From Gnetum montanum (taxonomy: Eukaryota; Plantae; Gnetophyta): a DNA stretch of 64,000 nt. Of this stretch, positions 1 through 44,443 are shown in pieces. The stretch lies in NCBI GenBank assembly GCA_015680685.1, contig MNCI01002682.1, positions 248,001 through 312,000 on the forward strand, written 5' to 3'. A model generated the notes under the pieces. It was not told where the DNA came from. It searched no databases and worked only from the letters and a program-made list of their open reading frames with translations. How positions within the stretch are numbered: the first letter of the stretch is position 1; the number at the start of each line of letters is the position of its first letter. A program made the position numbers and the translations under genes.

Positions 1-1132
1 TCACTATATAGATCAATCCCTTATGATTGATAATATAGAGAAACCTTCACCTTATTAGACTACATCTTGCTTTAGACTTGGTGTGCTTTATTAGTAATCA
101 AAAATATTTACAAAGAAAATGAAAACAAAGTATGAAAAATATAGTAAAAATGGAAAAAGGTGAAAAGAATGAAAAATCATCAAAGAATAGAAAAATGTTA
201 AAGAATCAAGAAATTATTAAGAAATTGAAAGTGTAAAATAATGGAAAAATGTATTAAGAAATGTGAAAAGGTATATCAAGAAATTAGAAATCAAAAAGAA
301 TTGTAAGACAACAAAATTTGAAAAACATTTATTAATTCCTAAATCAAGATAAGGATCTCCCCCCTGATTGAATGCATGGGCAAGTGTTCAGAAAATGCAC
401 CCTAGTTCCCCTGGATCATACACTTGAGGTTTCGTACTTACCATCCTTAGCAATTTAGTTTGTTTGTTATCATCCCATATAGTTGTGATGGTTATCAAAT
501 TTTTATCATTGAAGTCCTTAGTTCCTCTTTCTATTGATGTATGATTGTCTTTTAGTATTTCCATTTGTAAGTTCTTAGTTGGGGTCATTTTCTTAGAATG
601 GGAATTAGTAAGTGATTTAGATGTTTCCATGCATGTTTTAGATGATTTTAGGTTCTCGGTTAATGACCATGAGATGTCTTTTGGTTTAGTGGCCCTTGAT
701 CTCTCTTGTGCACACACTTCTTTTTCACATTTGTTGTGGAGTGGTGTAATGACTATGTTGACATTCTAGTAGGTTGGTCCACAATTACATCCTTCTTTGT
801 CAGTAGTAATGCATGGAATTGCCTATCTCTCCACAATGATAAGTTCATCTTTTATGTTTTGCATTGGAGTGGTAATGGGTGTTGGCTCTTGCATAGGATT
901 AGAAGACATTGTTTTGATGAGGAAGGATGTTGCACTAGGTTAGCCTTGTGCTAGTTTTGATGAGCCAGTAGGTCTACGCATTTTGTGCTCATGTGTGGAA
1001 ACTATCCTAAAGAAATGATGTTTTCGAAACTATGGTTTATATCTAATAGAATTATCATTTACATGTATGTTCGCAACACAAGTGTCATTCTTCTATTGAT
1101 GTTGTGATGCCAATCTTTCTTGTGTTGGTGGT

Positions 1133-2025
1133 TGATGAGTGGCAAGGTACCCCTACACTCAACAATATGAATATGAGCATCTCACGTGCAATCTAGTCAA
1201 ACTCTGCAGATGGACTAGCTGTGGTATCTAAATAGTTATCCTTAGGTTGCAGTTCGTTTTCTTCCCACCTGGACTAGTATTAGCTTTGTCACGTATGGTT
1301 TAGTCCAGAGTGAGGTGTATGATGTGTTCCTATACTAATGCTACTCTTGAAGATAATGGAAAATAATATTAACTAAGCTAAGAGAGAGAGAGGGTGAGAG
1401 AGAATCTAAGCTAGCCTAAGTGTGATGAGCATCTGTTCCTCAATCATCTGTACACATCTTGGACCTTATGCATGACTACCACTAGGATTACCAAGCGTAG
1501 ATCCTAGGTACGCTACTAGGTTACCAAGTAGTCACACTTAAATGCTTGTGATCAAGTCGTACTCATTCCGCGTTACTAAGAGATAAGGGTAGAGAGATAT
1601 TAACTACGAAAGCAATAAAGAACAATAAAAATTAAATAATTAAACTAAGTGAATGCTGCAATGATGAAGTAATCTCGATCTTTATTTCTGGTCATGTGCG
1701 TATCCAAGTACATCACACTCGAATAAGGATGTCGTACAATTACAATCACCACACTGCAGGCATGCACTGGGAGAAAAGGGTTGAGAGAAGAACTACTTAA
1801 AACAAAACACTTAAAAGAAATTCTCCAAACTAACAACTAATGCCAAAACCAAGTGAGCTGCCTTTTATTTATAGGCTCACACTGGAACCGCGATATCGCG
1901 TACACGATATCGTGGCTAATGCGATATCGGGGGTCCGATATTGAGACCTATCAGACTTGGTATCTTGTATCAGGGTTCAGATAATAGGGGTCTAATAATA
2001 GGACCTGACAGACCATGACTCATCA
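1133..2025 (-). repeat. 3' LTR of element A
   Basis: Direct repeat of 6103-7005 with TGATGA..TCATCA termini; TATA box (CCTATAAAT on minus) near 1870. Confidence 0.92.
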
Positions 2026-4950
2026 TACCCCCACGACTGAATAACAACTTGTCCTTGAGTCAAAGAAAGTGAGGAACAAGTTCAATTGATTACACAGTGG
2101 ATAGGTATGGGATTATTGACTGACTAGGAATTTATTTATGCCACAGTAGAGAATTAAACAATATTTGGACACAGACACAAAAGATAAAACTTGTGGAACT
2201 CATGAGATTGATACCAGTTTCAAGCTTCTGAGATTGATACCATTGAAGAAGCGCTTGACATTTCTCCTTGTCTATCCAAGGATTATGAGCCGTCCATGTT
2301 GATGTTCCAATGTTTGATGGAGTCGGCACTTCCCATGAACATGGCAGTTGCAGGAACACTTGATTGGCCTTGACATGTTATGTCACAAATAGCCGTCATT
2401 CCTCTTCATAGGCTTGGGCCCTGACCTCTCCACCTTTTGCTTGGATAGATTATGCAATAACAGGAGTTCCATGATGGATGCTGAGTGATTATGCCTCCTG
2501 TTCTGCATGTTCTGCATGAAGTCATTGGCCTCTGCCTCCCCCTGGTTGTTTGGTTGCACCTTGAGAAGGTCCTTCTTGTTGTCTTCTTTTAGGGGCCATC
2601 TATAATCGCACAAAGATCAATTGTTAGTAAGGTTATTGAAAAAAGTTCAATGATTTCATACCTTACTCATTGCCTTTAATAAATGTTGAATTCTTTGCTT
2701 AGTTTAATTTTAGAGTTAGAAATTTTTTTTCAAGGAAGTTGCCCTAAAAGTTTAATGTCGGACCTAGTTTGTTTAGGTGACACATAAAAGGACTTGGTTT
2801 TGAGGAACGTTTGATAAAATGATGACAAAGGAAAGAATAGATTTGGCAATGAAGTATTCAGAGGGTATAAGATGATGTGGTGGTATGCAACAAGTACAAA
2901 TTGCAAAATTCACGCAAGTGGGTCCTCCCCAAAGCAAGTTCCGACCTATAATGCCCTTGCGTAACCACACCTTAAAATGTCCGTAGGTACTAGAAGGGTT
3001 AAATGTAATCCATACCAATTTCACAAAACACACACATGTAGATACCACTAGAATGAGGTAAGAATTCTACGCTATACGAGACACGAGCCACAACTCCATG
3101 AATAGTAAGATGAGACGGGGTATAGAAGGGATTGTAGAGATTGGGACATGCAGTAACTGACCCAGACACAATGAATCCTACATGTAAATCATGATTAATG
3201 TGTCATTAACCCATCGTTCCAAGATCAGGACCAAGTCCATTCCTCTAATCAGTGACACCGCATTGTTTTATCCCATGATGAGCAACTATGAGAGTACCAG
3301 AATAACAAAGCGTATGATCACTTGGCATTTTGTTCAAGGGAGGAGTGATTTTTGCTTTGTGGCACTTCCTTTGTTTTTTTTTTCTCTTTTTTTTTTTTTT
3401 TGATTACTAAATCCAGAGAAGCCACCAACCTTCAGGCATGGGTGCATGCCTTTCCAGTGGGATCCCCTAAAATAGCATTGGATTTTTTAGTGCCTTTTTT
3501 ATTACTTTTACTCCCATTTTTTGTTAGATCTATAAGGATCTTAGTACAACCACGTTGCATAATAACTCCCACAGACGTCACCAAAGAGAATTCGCAAGTC
3601 CCCTTGATGTCACACCCTAATCATTCCCTCTTGATCCATCCTTCTTCATTCCAGGTACAATGAACACAAAATTAATTTTAAGTTTTAAGAATGTCAAGAA
3701 TATCACTGTACCCTCGAACAGAACTTCTTATTTGTAGAATGGATGAGTGGGTGTAATGGGCTCACTGTCCAAATAATTGACCACTCGAGACTTGATAACA
3801 TAGAACACACCTCAACCAATGAGCCACATGAGTGTTTTATTCGTAGATGAGATTACTTATAAAAAGATAAAAAGATAAAAAAAGTAACAAAAAAGAGATT
3901 GAAAAATGAAAAACTGGAAAACAAAAAGTTGTAAAATTAAAGAAAATGGAAAATATTTATTAATCCTGCTTGTTATTAAAATGGGGAATAACCCCCATAA
4001 CCAAATGGTTGAGCATGGCAAGGATTAATAAATGAAAGATGAGGATCCTTGCAGGTTGGAAATATTGAAACTCGGTCACACTTACCCCATTGGGGTTCAC
4101 ACACTTGATTATAGTAAGCATAGTGGGGCAATTTATGTGATGTATTTCTTGGATAAAGGGTTGACCCACTATGATATTTGAGACCGTAAGATGGTATGCA
4201 AGGATCAAGGTGTCGCCCTCCATGGCTATGTTCATTGGGCCATATGGTTGTTGGAGTGTTAATTGGTGGCCCTGATGAAGTTACATGAGGTGCCCAATTT
4301 GAAGAGAAGGATGCACCACAGTGTAGGACTTGTGCTGAGTTGGAGAAAGCAGTGGCCATGGAACTATGTTGTCCCTTCTTATGGTCATGTCTAAAGAAGG
4401 GACGCTTTCGATGTTGAGGAGGCCTCTCACTGCTATTGGCAATAGTAGCACAAGTAACGTTCGTGGGTTGTTGTTGTGGCGCAGACACTTCAAGAACAGT
4501 TGGTGGCAATGTAGAAGGAGGGAAAGGATGAGAATGTTGAAATTTAGAAGAAGTGTAAGGTACACAAGGCAGTGGTTGTGTTGAGGACATGGGCTGATAG
4601 TACTGAGGAGAATAATAATGCGATAAGATAGAGTATGTTGACCCAGTTGGGGAAACAGGATGTTGGACTAGATAAGCATTTGGATTCGGATGGTATGAAG
4701 CGTATCTCCAGTTTAGGGATGGCTTCCTCCACGACTGGGATTGTTGCCACTATGATCGAACACAGTATCTCTGTATGAACTCTGGGCGTAACGTGCTTCC
4801 CCAATGCTCATATAAATGTAACAATATTGGGCATTGGCCCTTGGAGTGATTGTACAAGCAAATGTTGCATTCATACATATGATTGGTAGTTGAGCTCTTA
4901 CTTCCTTCATCCCTTTTTTCTGATTGTCTAATGATATTTTGTCCTATTTC

Positions 4951-5800
4951 TCATGTTGTCAAAACTCTATCTCCAATAATATTGATATATTCTCCACACT
5001 TTTTATGCATCCATTCCAGCATCTTATTGATCTTTGCCTCGATTTCCTCTAATGATTGTTGTACTAGCAAAGATGGTTCTTCCTCCTTGAGATAGGTTGA
5101 TTTCTCCTTTTTGTGATTATGGACCTTTGTTAAGTTGAGGTTTTGGTCCTGTTGATGTTTTTTAACACTCTCCCATCTAGCCATTTCTCCTTCTTCTTTT
5201 CCTACCCACTTAATAAGCTCTTGAAATTGATGGGTTCATAGTTTGTATAGTTGACCTTGGGCATACATCCCTAGGGTCTCTCTTGTTTCATCACGAAGCC
5301 CATCAATGATATGGTACATTAGCCTTTCCTTAGAGAACTCATGGCCTAAACAATTGTTTAACAGTGCATAATATCTTTCTAAGGCCATGTCCAAGGGTTC
5401 ATGTTGTGCTTGTTTCGACTCTTGGATTTTTTTCCTCAAGGTCGGCACTCTTGCGTAGGTTTGATATTTTTCGTTAAAGAGCTCTACCATTGTTGGCCAA
5501 CGTTGTATTGAATTTGGTTTTAATGATCTATACCATACTTTTGCTTGGCTAATGAGTGTCATAGGAAAGAGCTTGAGTTTTTGCCAACTATCATCAATGT
5601 TGTTCCATGCACAGGCATCATAGAAGGCTTGTAAATGTTGTTGCAGATCTAAGTTATAGCCTCTTGAAAAATTGGAAAATTTATTTAAATCGAGCCTGGG
5701 TAGGCGGCTCTCTTTACAATGCCTACGGGAGATTCAAATAGCCTCTTGTATTTGCATTAGGCTTGTAGTGGCCAATAGGGGTTCATCATCATCAAGTAAG
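4951..5800 (-). pseudogene. gag: Retrotransposon gag remnant (element A)
   Basis: KLFPMTLISQAKVWYRSLKPNSIQRWPTMVELFNEKY is a retrotransposon gag-type pattern; stops and frameshifts flank it. Confidence 0.85.
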
Positions 5801-6102
5801 TTATGCTTTCGTGTGTTGGGATGATGCTGCCTTCGTTTATGTTTATAAGAAATCCCCACCTCAAATTGCATACTCCAATCTTCATTGTCATATAATTCAT
5901 CGGTTCTCCAATGAATTTCTTCACTAGGTATGACATTATCATAGTCTTGTAGGAGAGGCATGGTTGTGCAATTGTGTGTGAATTTATATGTGACTTTTTG
6001 TAATTATTTCTTCCTAAAAGATATATCGTTAATTCCTATACAGCGACCTTGTATGATATAACTAACCTAGATAACTAGCACCGTCCCCGGCAACGGTGCC
6101 AA

Positions 6103-7005
6103 TGATGAGTGGCGAGGTACCCCTACACTCAACCATACGAATACAAACGTCTCACACGCGATCTGGTCGAACTCCGCAAACAAACTAGCTGTGGTATCTA
6201 GATAGTTATCCTTAGGTCGCAGTTTGCTGTCTTCCCACTTGGACTAGTATTAGCTTTGTCACGTATGGTTTAGTCCAGAGTGAGGTGTATGATGTGTTCC
6301 TATATTAATGCTACTCCTGAAGATAATGGAAAATAATATTAACTAAGATAAGAGAGAGAGAGTGAGAGAGAATCAAAGCTAGCCTAAGTGCGATGAGCAT
6401 CCGTTCCTCAATCATCCGTACACATCTTGGACCTCGTGCACGACTACCACTAGGATTACCAAATGTAGATCCTAGGTACGCTACTGGGTTACCAAGTAGT
6501 CACACTTAAATGCTCGTGATCAAGTCGTACTCATTCCACGTTACTAAGAGATAAGGGTAGAGAGATATTAACTACGAAAGCAATAAAGAACAATAAAAAT
6601 TAAATAATTAAACTAAGTAAATGCTGCAATGATGAAGTAATCTCGATCTTTATTTCCAGTCATGTGCATGTCCAAGTACATCACACTCAAATAAGGATGT
6701 CGTATAATTACAATCACCACACTGTGGGCATGCATTGGGAGAAAAGGGTTGAGAGAAGAACTACTTAAAATAAAACACTTAAAAAGAAATTCTCCAAACT
6801 AAGAACTAATGCCAAAACCAAGTGTGCTACCTTTTATTTATAGGCTCACACTGGAACCGCGATATCACGTACATGATATCGCAGCTGCGATATCGGGGGT
6901 CTGATAGTAGGGGTCCGATATCAGGACCTATCAGACTTGGTATCTTGTATCAGGGGTCAGATAACAAGGGTCCAATAACAAGACTTGACAGACCATGACT
7001 CATCA
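6103..7005 (-). repeat. 5' LTR of element A
   Basis: Direct repeat of 1133-2025, followed on the minus strand by a tRNA-Asp PBS. Confidence 0.92.
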
Positions 7006-7253
7006 GTGGTGGTGACATATGGTGGAGGAAAGTATAACAATATTGAGGATGTCATGGAGGATAAGAGATTTGAGATGGTGATCCCATACGAGATGTTGTA
7101 GGTTGATGATATTTGAGAGAGTGATAGTAGTGATTCAATGTAAAACAAGTAGAACCATTTGGAGAAACAGGTTGTTGAACATAGTAGTTATGGGTCTAGC
7201 TAGCAATAAGGGTATTGTTGGTTTATTGATGGCATCCCCCATGACTGTGGGTT

Positions 7254-8445
7254 TTACCACTCTGATTGATAGTGATTTTGAGGGTGATAAGAAGTCTCAT
7301 TAGGATAGTATGGTTGGTTGTAGAAGTGTCTACAATTACCTTGTGAATAAGATAATTTTCTAGGAATTTGCTTTTGTACAAACTTGGGATTCAAAGCAAA
7401 AGCCCAATACTCATGTAGATATAACATGACTGGGCAATAGCCCTTTGGATGGTCATATAGGCAAATGTCACATCCATTATCCTCTTCTATTGTTGAGTCT
7501 TTAGCTTCTTCTCCTATAGTTATTTTCCCTTTTTGCCGATAAGTATTCCTATTTGTTTGTTTGGTCTTTTTCCTCTTCTTGTTTTTCTTACTTGATTCGT
7601 GTTGTGCCACCTTCTCCTCTATGGTTTTCACATAGGTTGTCACTTTTTCATTCATCAACTCCCACATCTTATCTACCCTTACTTCAAGCTTAGCGATAGA
7701 CCTTTGTATTGGAAAGGTTTGTTGTGAAATCACCTTGTCAAGAGCTACCTCTTTTTTCTCATCATAGATATGAACCCCCTTCTTTTGAAGAGTTGCATCC
7801 TAGTTATATTCCTCTATATTCACTGGTTTACATAGCTCTCCTTCTTCTTTTGCCACCTGCTCGATTAGCCTTTGTATCTGATGGGCTTTCAATTCAAATA
7901 TCCAACCTTGGGCATAAATCCCAAGGGTCTCTCTCGTTTGGTTATGAAGTCCATCTATGATGTGAAAAAGTTGTTCTTTTTGAGAGAAATCATGGCTTAG
8001 ACATCTATGTAGTAGTAAATAGTATCTATCCAAGGCCACGTCCAAAGATTCATCTTTTTCTTGCATCCATCCTTGGATTTGTTTTCTCAAATTGGACACT
8101 CTCGCATAGGTTTGGTATTTCTTGTTGAAGGGTTTTAGCATTGTAAACCATTGATGGATTAAATTTGGTTCCAACAATCTATACCAACTTCAACTTCATC
8201 TATTAGTGTCCTAAGAAAGAGCTTAAGCTTTTGCCACTCTCGATGTTCTGTAAGGCACAGGCATCATGGAAGGCTTGTAAGTGAAGTTGTGGATCAAAGT
8301 TATAGCCTCCCACAAATTTAGGGATGTTATTCATATCAAGCTTTTTGATGCGACTTTTCCTTTGATGCCTGTGGGGTATTCTAACTACCTTTGTCATCTG
8401 CATCCTGCTCCTAATAGCCAACAAGGGTTCATCATCATCAGACAT
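7254..8445 (-). pseudogene. gag: Retrotransposon gag remnant (element B)
   Basis: Homologous to the gag of elements A and C (HLQAFHDACA, KYQTYARVSNLRKQIQGW, CDICLYDHPKGYCP). Confidence 0.85.
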
Positions 8446-9007
8446 GTCATGGTGATGATTTCTATTTCTATTTGTCTAATTATGATGATCTCATCTATGC
8501 TCACTTTGATGATCTCATCTATTCCTATTTCTATCATCATCTTGACTTCTTAGTTTATCTCTATTTCTATACCTACGTTCATCTTTGTTAGAACTAAATG
8601 TTGAAGAGGAAGAGGAAGATGGAGAACTATTTGTCCCTTGATGTATCTCTTCTAAGTTTGAAAGAGGTCCTAGGCCTTGAGGCCCTCTTTGTTCTAGGAC
8701 TTACCCCATCTCCTCTAGGATTGTTTGCATTAGTTGAACATAGTCTTTGAGTGTAGTAAGGGTCTAATTGAGCATATGAAATCCTTGCTTGTGGTTGTTT
8801 ACTCCAGTTTTCCTCAATATAGGTCCTATCATTTCTCCTACTAGTGTTTTCATCATATGATGCATTATTGATCTTATGTGAAGAAGACACAATTTTAACG
8901 TGTGTGACTCAATATTTTCTGAAAGATAAATTGTTAATACCTTAACAGTGATCGTTTATGATACAACTAATCTATATAACTGGCACCATCCTCGACAAAG
9001 GCACCAA

Positions 9008-9950
9008 TGATGAGCAGCAGGTACCCCTACGTCCAACCATATGAATCACAAGCGTTCACACACAATCTAATCAAATTTCATGGATGGGACTAGTTGTGGC
9101 ATCTAGATTGTTAAGCATTCATTGTAGAACGTTGTCTTCCCACTCAAACTAGTGGTAGCTTTGTCATGTATGGTTTAGTCCAAAGTAAGGCATATGATAA
9201 TTGATGTTGTTAGGCCCTAATTACTCCTAGTGAACATAAAGTAAATGAAGTGATTTCTAAATCTAAGAAACAGTAAACAAATCTAATCTAGCCTAGAGCG
9301 ATGAGCATCTGGTCCTAGCTTACTATACACGTCTTCAGCTCATGTAACCATTACTAGGTTACCATGCACTATGCTATTGCCAGAACCAAGCTATAACACT
9401 ACTAGGATTATCAAATGATTACACTTAAACGCTCGTAATCAGTCATGCTCATTCTGCTTTACTAATGAACAAGAAAGTAAAGTATTTGAAAATGTAAATG
9501 ATTAAACTAAGAAAACAATAAAAACTATGTTAAGTAAAACAGTAAAAGTAAGTGGATGTTGCAATGATGAAAAGCTATCTGAATCTTTATTTCCAGACAT
9601 GAACTATGCCCAAGTACACTTCACTCAAATAAAGATTACATACAACTGCTCAACACCACACTACGGACATTCACTCTATCACTAAAACTACAAAAACAAA
9701 TTGCAAGAATCTACCTAATGATGGAATGAAAGTTCTTTGGATCATGTGCCCAAGTGGTGTATTTATAGAGGCAAGCACACATCTTGCGATATCGTTGATA
9801 CGATAACATATCATGGAATACAATATTGCATCTACAACATTGTAGCTACGATATCATTTGTGGACAAAAGATTAACTTTTTTGCAAACAGATGCATTAAG
9901 TCATCTGCCTCAATACGACTACATCAATGTAGCCAATTGATGCTTCATCA
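9008..9950 (-). repeat. 5' LTR of element B
   Basis: Diverged homolog of the element A LTR with the same termini and an adjacent PBS. Confidence 0.8.
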
Positions 9951-11827
9951 GCAAGCTAAACCACTATCTAATACAATATGCTGAAATGTTGCTCAAGTTT
10001 AAACATTTTTATGTTATTGTTGTTCTAAGTCAAAAACACTTTCATTTTATTATACTTTTTAAGAACATAGTATAGCTTACATTACATTGCAAGAAAAGGC
10101 AAAATCATAATGTAAAAAGTGGAATTAATAAAAGTTTTGGTGATCAAGTTTTGCAATAGAAGGTAAGTAAATGCATGCTAGATTTAAATGAACTGAAACA
10201 TAATGTGGGTAAATTTGAGTCAAAGTGGAATTGGTGTATAAAAATTATAGTTAAGAGTTTTGAGAAGTTTATGAATGAAGTAGTTTCATCATTCATTCTT
10301 GAAAATTGGAATCATTCATAAATTGGAAACATAATTTGTATTTATTAATTTTAATATTCCAAAAAAAGTCTTGTTATTTCATTTTAAATTGCATGCACAC
10401 ATGTATATATATGTATGTGCATGTGTGGTTTTTTTTTTTTTAATTAAAGAGAAATATTATAACTTACACATATTGTGAATGGGAAATTCAACTCAAACTT
10501 GGTCATTCAAAATTTTTATGATAGCTAATGTTACTTGTCAAATACACACAAGTTGTTCTACATACACTACATTTTAATGGCACATTGTGGGGCTAATCTT
10601 AATCTAAATTCTCACACACATAGATAGTACCTATGTAAATTGAAACTTGATATCTCCATTATAACATAACAATAACCATATGACATATGAACCTTCCACA
10701 AATGTCTTAAAGTCATTAATTTGTTGACACAATCAAATGCTAGGAACACAAAATGAAATAATAGGAAAAATATTTAAACTTGTCATCAAAATCACTAATA
10801 ATTTATTTAAGCTAGTAACGTAATTTCTCTATCAATGATTGTAAGTTGTAAGCTTAAGTAATTTTAAGCTTAAACTATGAGTAATTTTACCAATTTGTTG
10901 ATTAGAAGTAAATTGATTTAAATGCATCAAAGATATTCTTGACAATATTTCAACTTTATTGTTCTAGGATTGTCAAAATATTCTTAACAACCAATAAACT
11001 TTTTAAGATTGAATGATTCAAAGATTTTAAAAGAAACTCTAGCTACATAGGTCGCTATCTTCATTCTAAGGAAAATATTTGTGTGTGAAAAAGAAGATAG
11101 TAAAGTGCAATACCAACTCGTCCTTCAAAACGATATGCAGCTGCAAATATAATCTTTCCATAATCAATCCTGCTTACTTTTAGTTGTTTTATAAGGATTT
11201 GAAAGCTTAACTGATTAATCCCTTGTCTATGACTAAAAACATCTCTAAAACTCATTTTATTTTATAATATTTTTATTTCATTAATATTACTAAATTTTAA
11301 AATATCACTGAATTCTGTTCGTTTTTTTTTCACAAGTATTGCGACTGAAACTAGATAATATTTTATTGTGTCCATTGTAGACCCAAGATATATGTTGGAA
11401 CAACTCAGTTTCAGCCATTTTTTAAAAAATTATATTCTTATAACTCAGTATAACCTGCTAGGATCAAACCTAATTGAATTCTAATTTTTCATGCTGCTCT
11501 CACTCAGTAAACAAGCAATCACAAATATGATTTCTGAAATTATTGTTTGCTTTGAAAACAAAATGCCAATTATAAATGACACAAATTATCGCTAGGTGAC
11601 CGGCAGTACTAGCGCACTGCTGTCCATGTATTAGATAAAATAAACAAGACTCGGTAAAAATATCTCATCCATTTCTTTCAAGATAAGCAATGCAACTTTG
11701 TTTTAACTTGGACCATCAGATACATAGAGAATGTAATTCGTGTAGTCCCTAGTTTTATACATCACTGCATTTCATTGACTCAGTGAATCATAAATTCAAA
11801 ATCTCGCTTTTCCAGTGTTCTATAGGC

Positions 11828-42787
<30,960 letters not shown>

Positions 42788-44443
42788 TATAGCAATGCTA
42801 ATGCTAAGGCTGCAGCAACAGCTCAATGTGGATATAATACTGAATGTGAATGACGACGAAAAGTCACAAATCATAGAAACTGAAATGAACTGTGAACTGG
42901 ATCAAATTTCCGCCATTGTCGCAATCTTCACGGGAAGTGTCTGTGAGAAAGCGTAAGCGTGGCATTGAATCTGCTGTTGCTCGTGCTGGTGCTTGGATAA
43001 TTGAGATTTCGGCAGCGTAGTTGCCCTTAAACACACTTGCACGCTCTCCCATTCCGAATCCGGTTTTGAGATTCCAAGATCTCGCTCCATCTCAATGTCC
43101 TGTTTCAATATTGCTATTGATGTTCTGTTCTGTTTTTGCCGGCAGCTTCAATGGTAAGGTTTTCGAAGTTCCCAGATAACTGGACAAACCCAATCCGACA
43201 CAGATTTTGTGGGCTCAAGGATGCACAAGCTAGAGGGGTAGGAATTTAACACTCGTGAATAATACGCAATTTCATTCAGTCAGCTTTTAAACCTGGTTAC
43301 CTTTAAAATAGCAATTGGCTTGTGGTATAATTCACTTGATTATAGCATGAAGCTATGGGGGTTTGTAAGGAAGGAGGAATTTTAATATTGTTGTGATTAA
43401 CTTGTAATTTTAATTCATCACTTAAACTCTGTTATTTTTGAAAGAGCATATGGTTTTTGGTACAATTCACTGGGTTATAATACATGTTAAAGCATTATTA
43501 TGTTCTGTTTAAGTTGTACTTAAGAATTTGTTATTGTTTTAATTTGTAACAATCTTTTTAAAAGGAAGGAATCGATAACATGGTGCTATTGAGTGTTATA
43601 AAGAGGTTGTTGGACTGTATAGTTGACATCTCATTTGCATTATCATGAAAATATGTTAATTATGATATTATAATCAAAATGATACATCTCTCCATCTTGC
43701 ATAATATGATCCTGGATGCTCATCGCACAAGATTCAAAGGTGATAACCATGTTACATTATTGTGAATTTTGGTGATTCAACCACTTGAGGAAAAGTTTGG
43801 CACAATCATAGCAACTTGAAAGAAGAAAAAACTAAGACAAACTTGAAGAAGAACAACTTGCAAAGTAAACAAAATAAATGGAAAAAGGTAAAAGCAAAGG
43901 GTAAGGTAGTTATTCTACATGTAAAGTATATTGTAGTAATTAAAGATAGAGCATTTTCACAAAATGCCTAAACACTTTGCACTTTAGATTTTGAATATAG
44001 ATTGTGGCATTACTACTAAAATGAGTGCACTCTGTAATATTGGGCTTTTTAAGAAGTTTGATATTTTTATAAGGGTTGAAACTTGGGAGGAAGAAGATTA
44101 TGAAAATTTTAAGTTACAAAGTTTTAGTAGAATAAAGGTAGCAAGTGTTATATCTCACAAAGAGGGAAGACCATTGGGAAGATTATCTTGTATTTTCAAA
44201 AAAAAAAAAAAAAGAGCTTTAAAAGGTAATTAAAGTTGAAAAGATTGTTAAGTATAAAGAATATATTTGGTTGAAGATTATTAAAGAAAATGTCTTGTAT
44301 TCTTTGCTTTTTGTTATGCAACATATTATGCAAAGACAAGTTCATTGAAAAATTTGCCTTTTTCAATAATTAGGATGAAATATAGTAGAATTTAAATTAA
44401 AAAGTAAAGGTTATATATGTGGTGACTTTAATTCACAAATTGT

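Larger units (their letters stand above)
1133..7005 (-). mobile_element. Athila-like Ty3/gypsy LTR element A, complete with both LTRs, gag-only (non-autonomous)
   Basis: LTRs 1133-2025 and 6103-7005 (TG..CA, roughly 93% identical), TSD GTGGT (1128-1132 / 7006-7010), PBS TGGCACCGTTGCCGGGGA (6101-6084), PPT TGGGGGTA next to 2025, gag at about 4950-5800, no pol motifs. Confidence 0.92.
1..9950 (-). mobile_element. Athila-like Ty3/gypsy LTR element B (gag-only, degenerate), interrupted by element A; 3' end lies outside the window
   Basis: 5' LTR at 9008-9950 (TGATGA..TCATCA), degenerate tRNA-Asp PBS at about 8989-9006, gag remnants at 7254-8445, and continuation at 1-1127 on the other side of the GTGGT TSD. 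Confidence 0.8.

Noticed and set aside
3976-4590. 204-aa Pro/Ser/His-rich ORF as a host gene
   Set aside because: It lies inside element A downstream of gag and resembles the low-complexity gag tail of element C (58600-59150).
42864-43108. BZR1/BES1 DNA-binding domain exon (BAM7/BAM8 identity)
   Set aside because: No RERRRRAI-type basic helix motif is present in these minus-strand ORFs.
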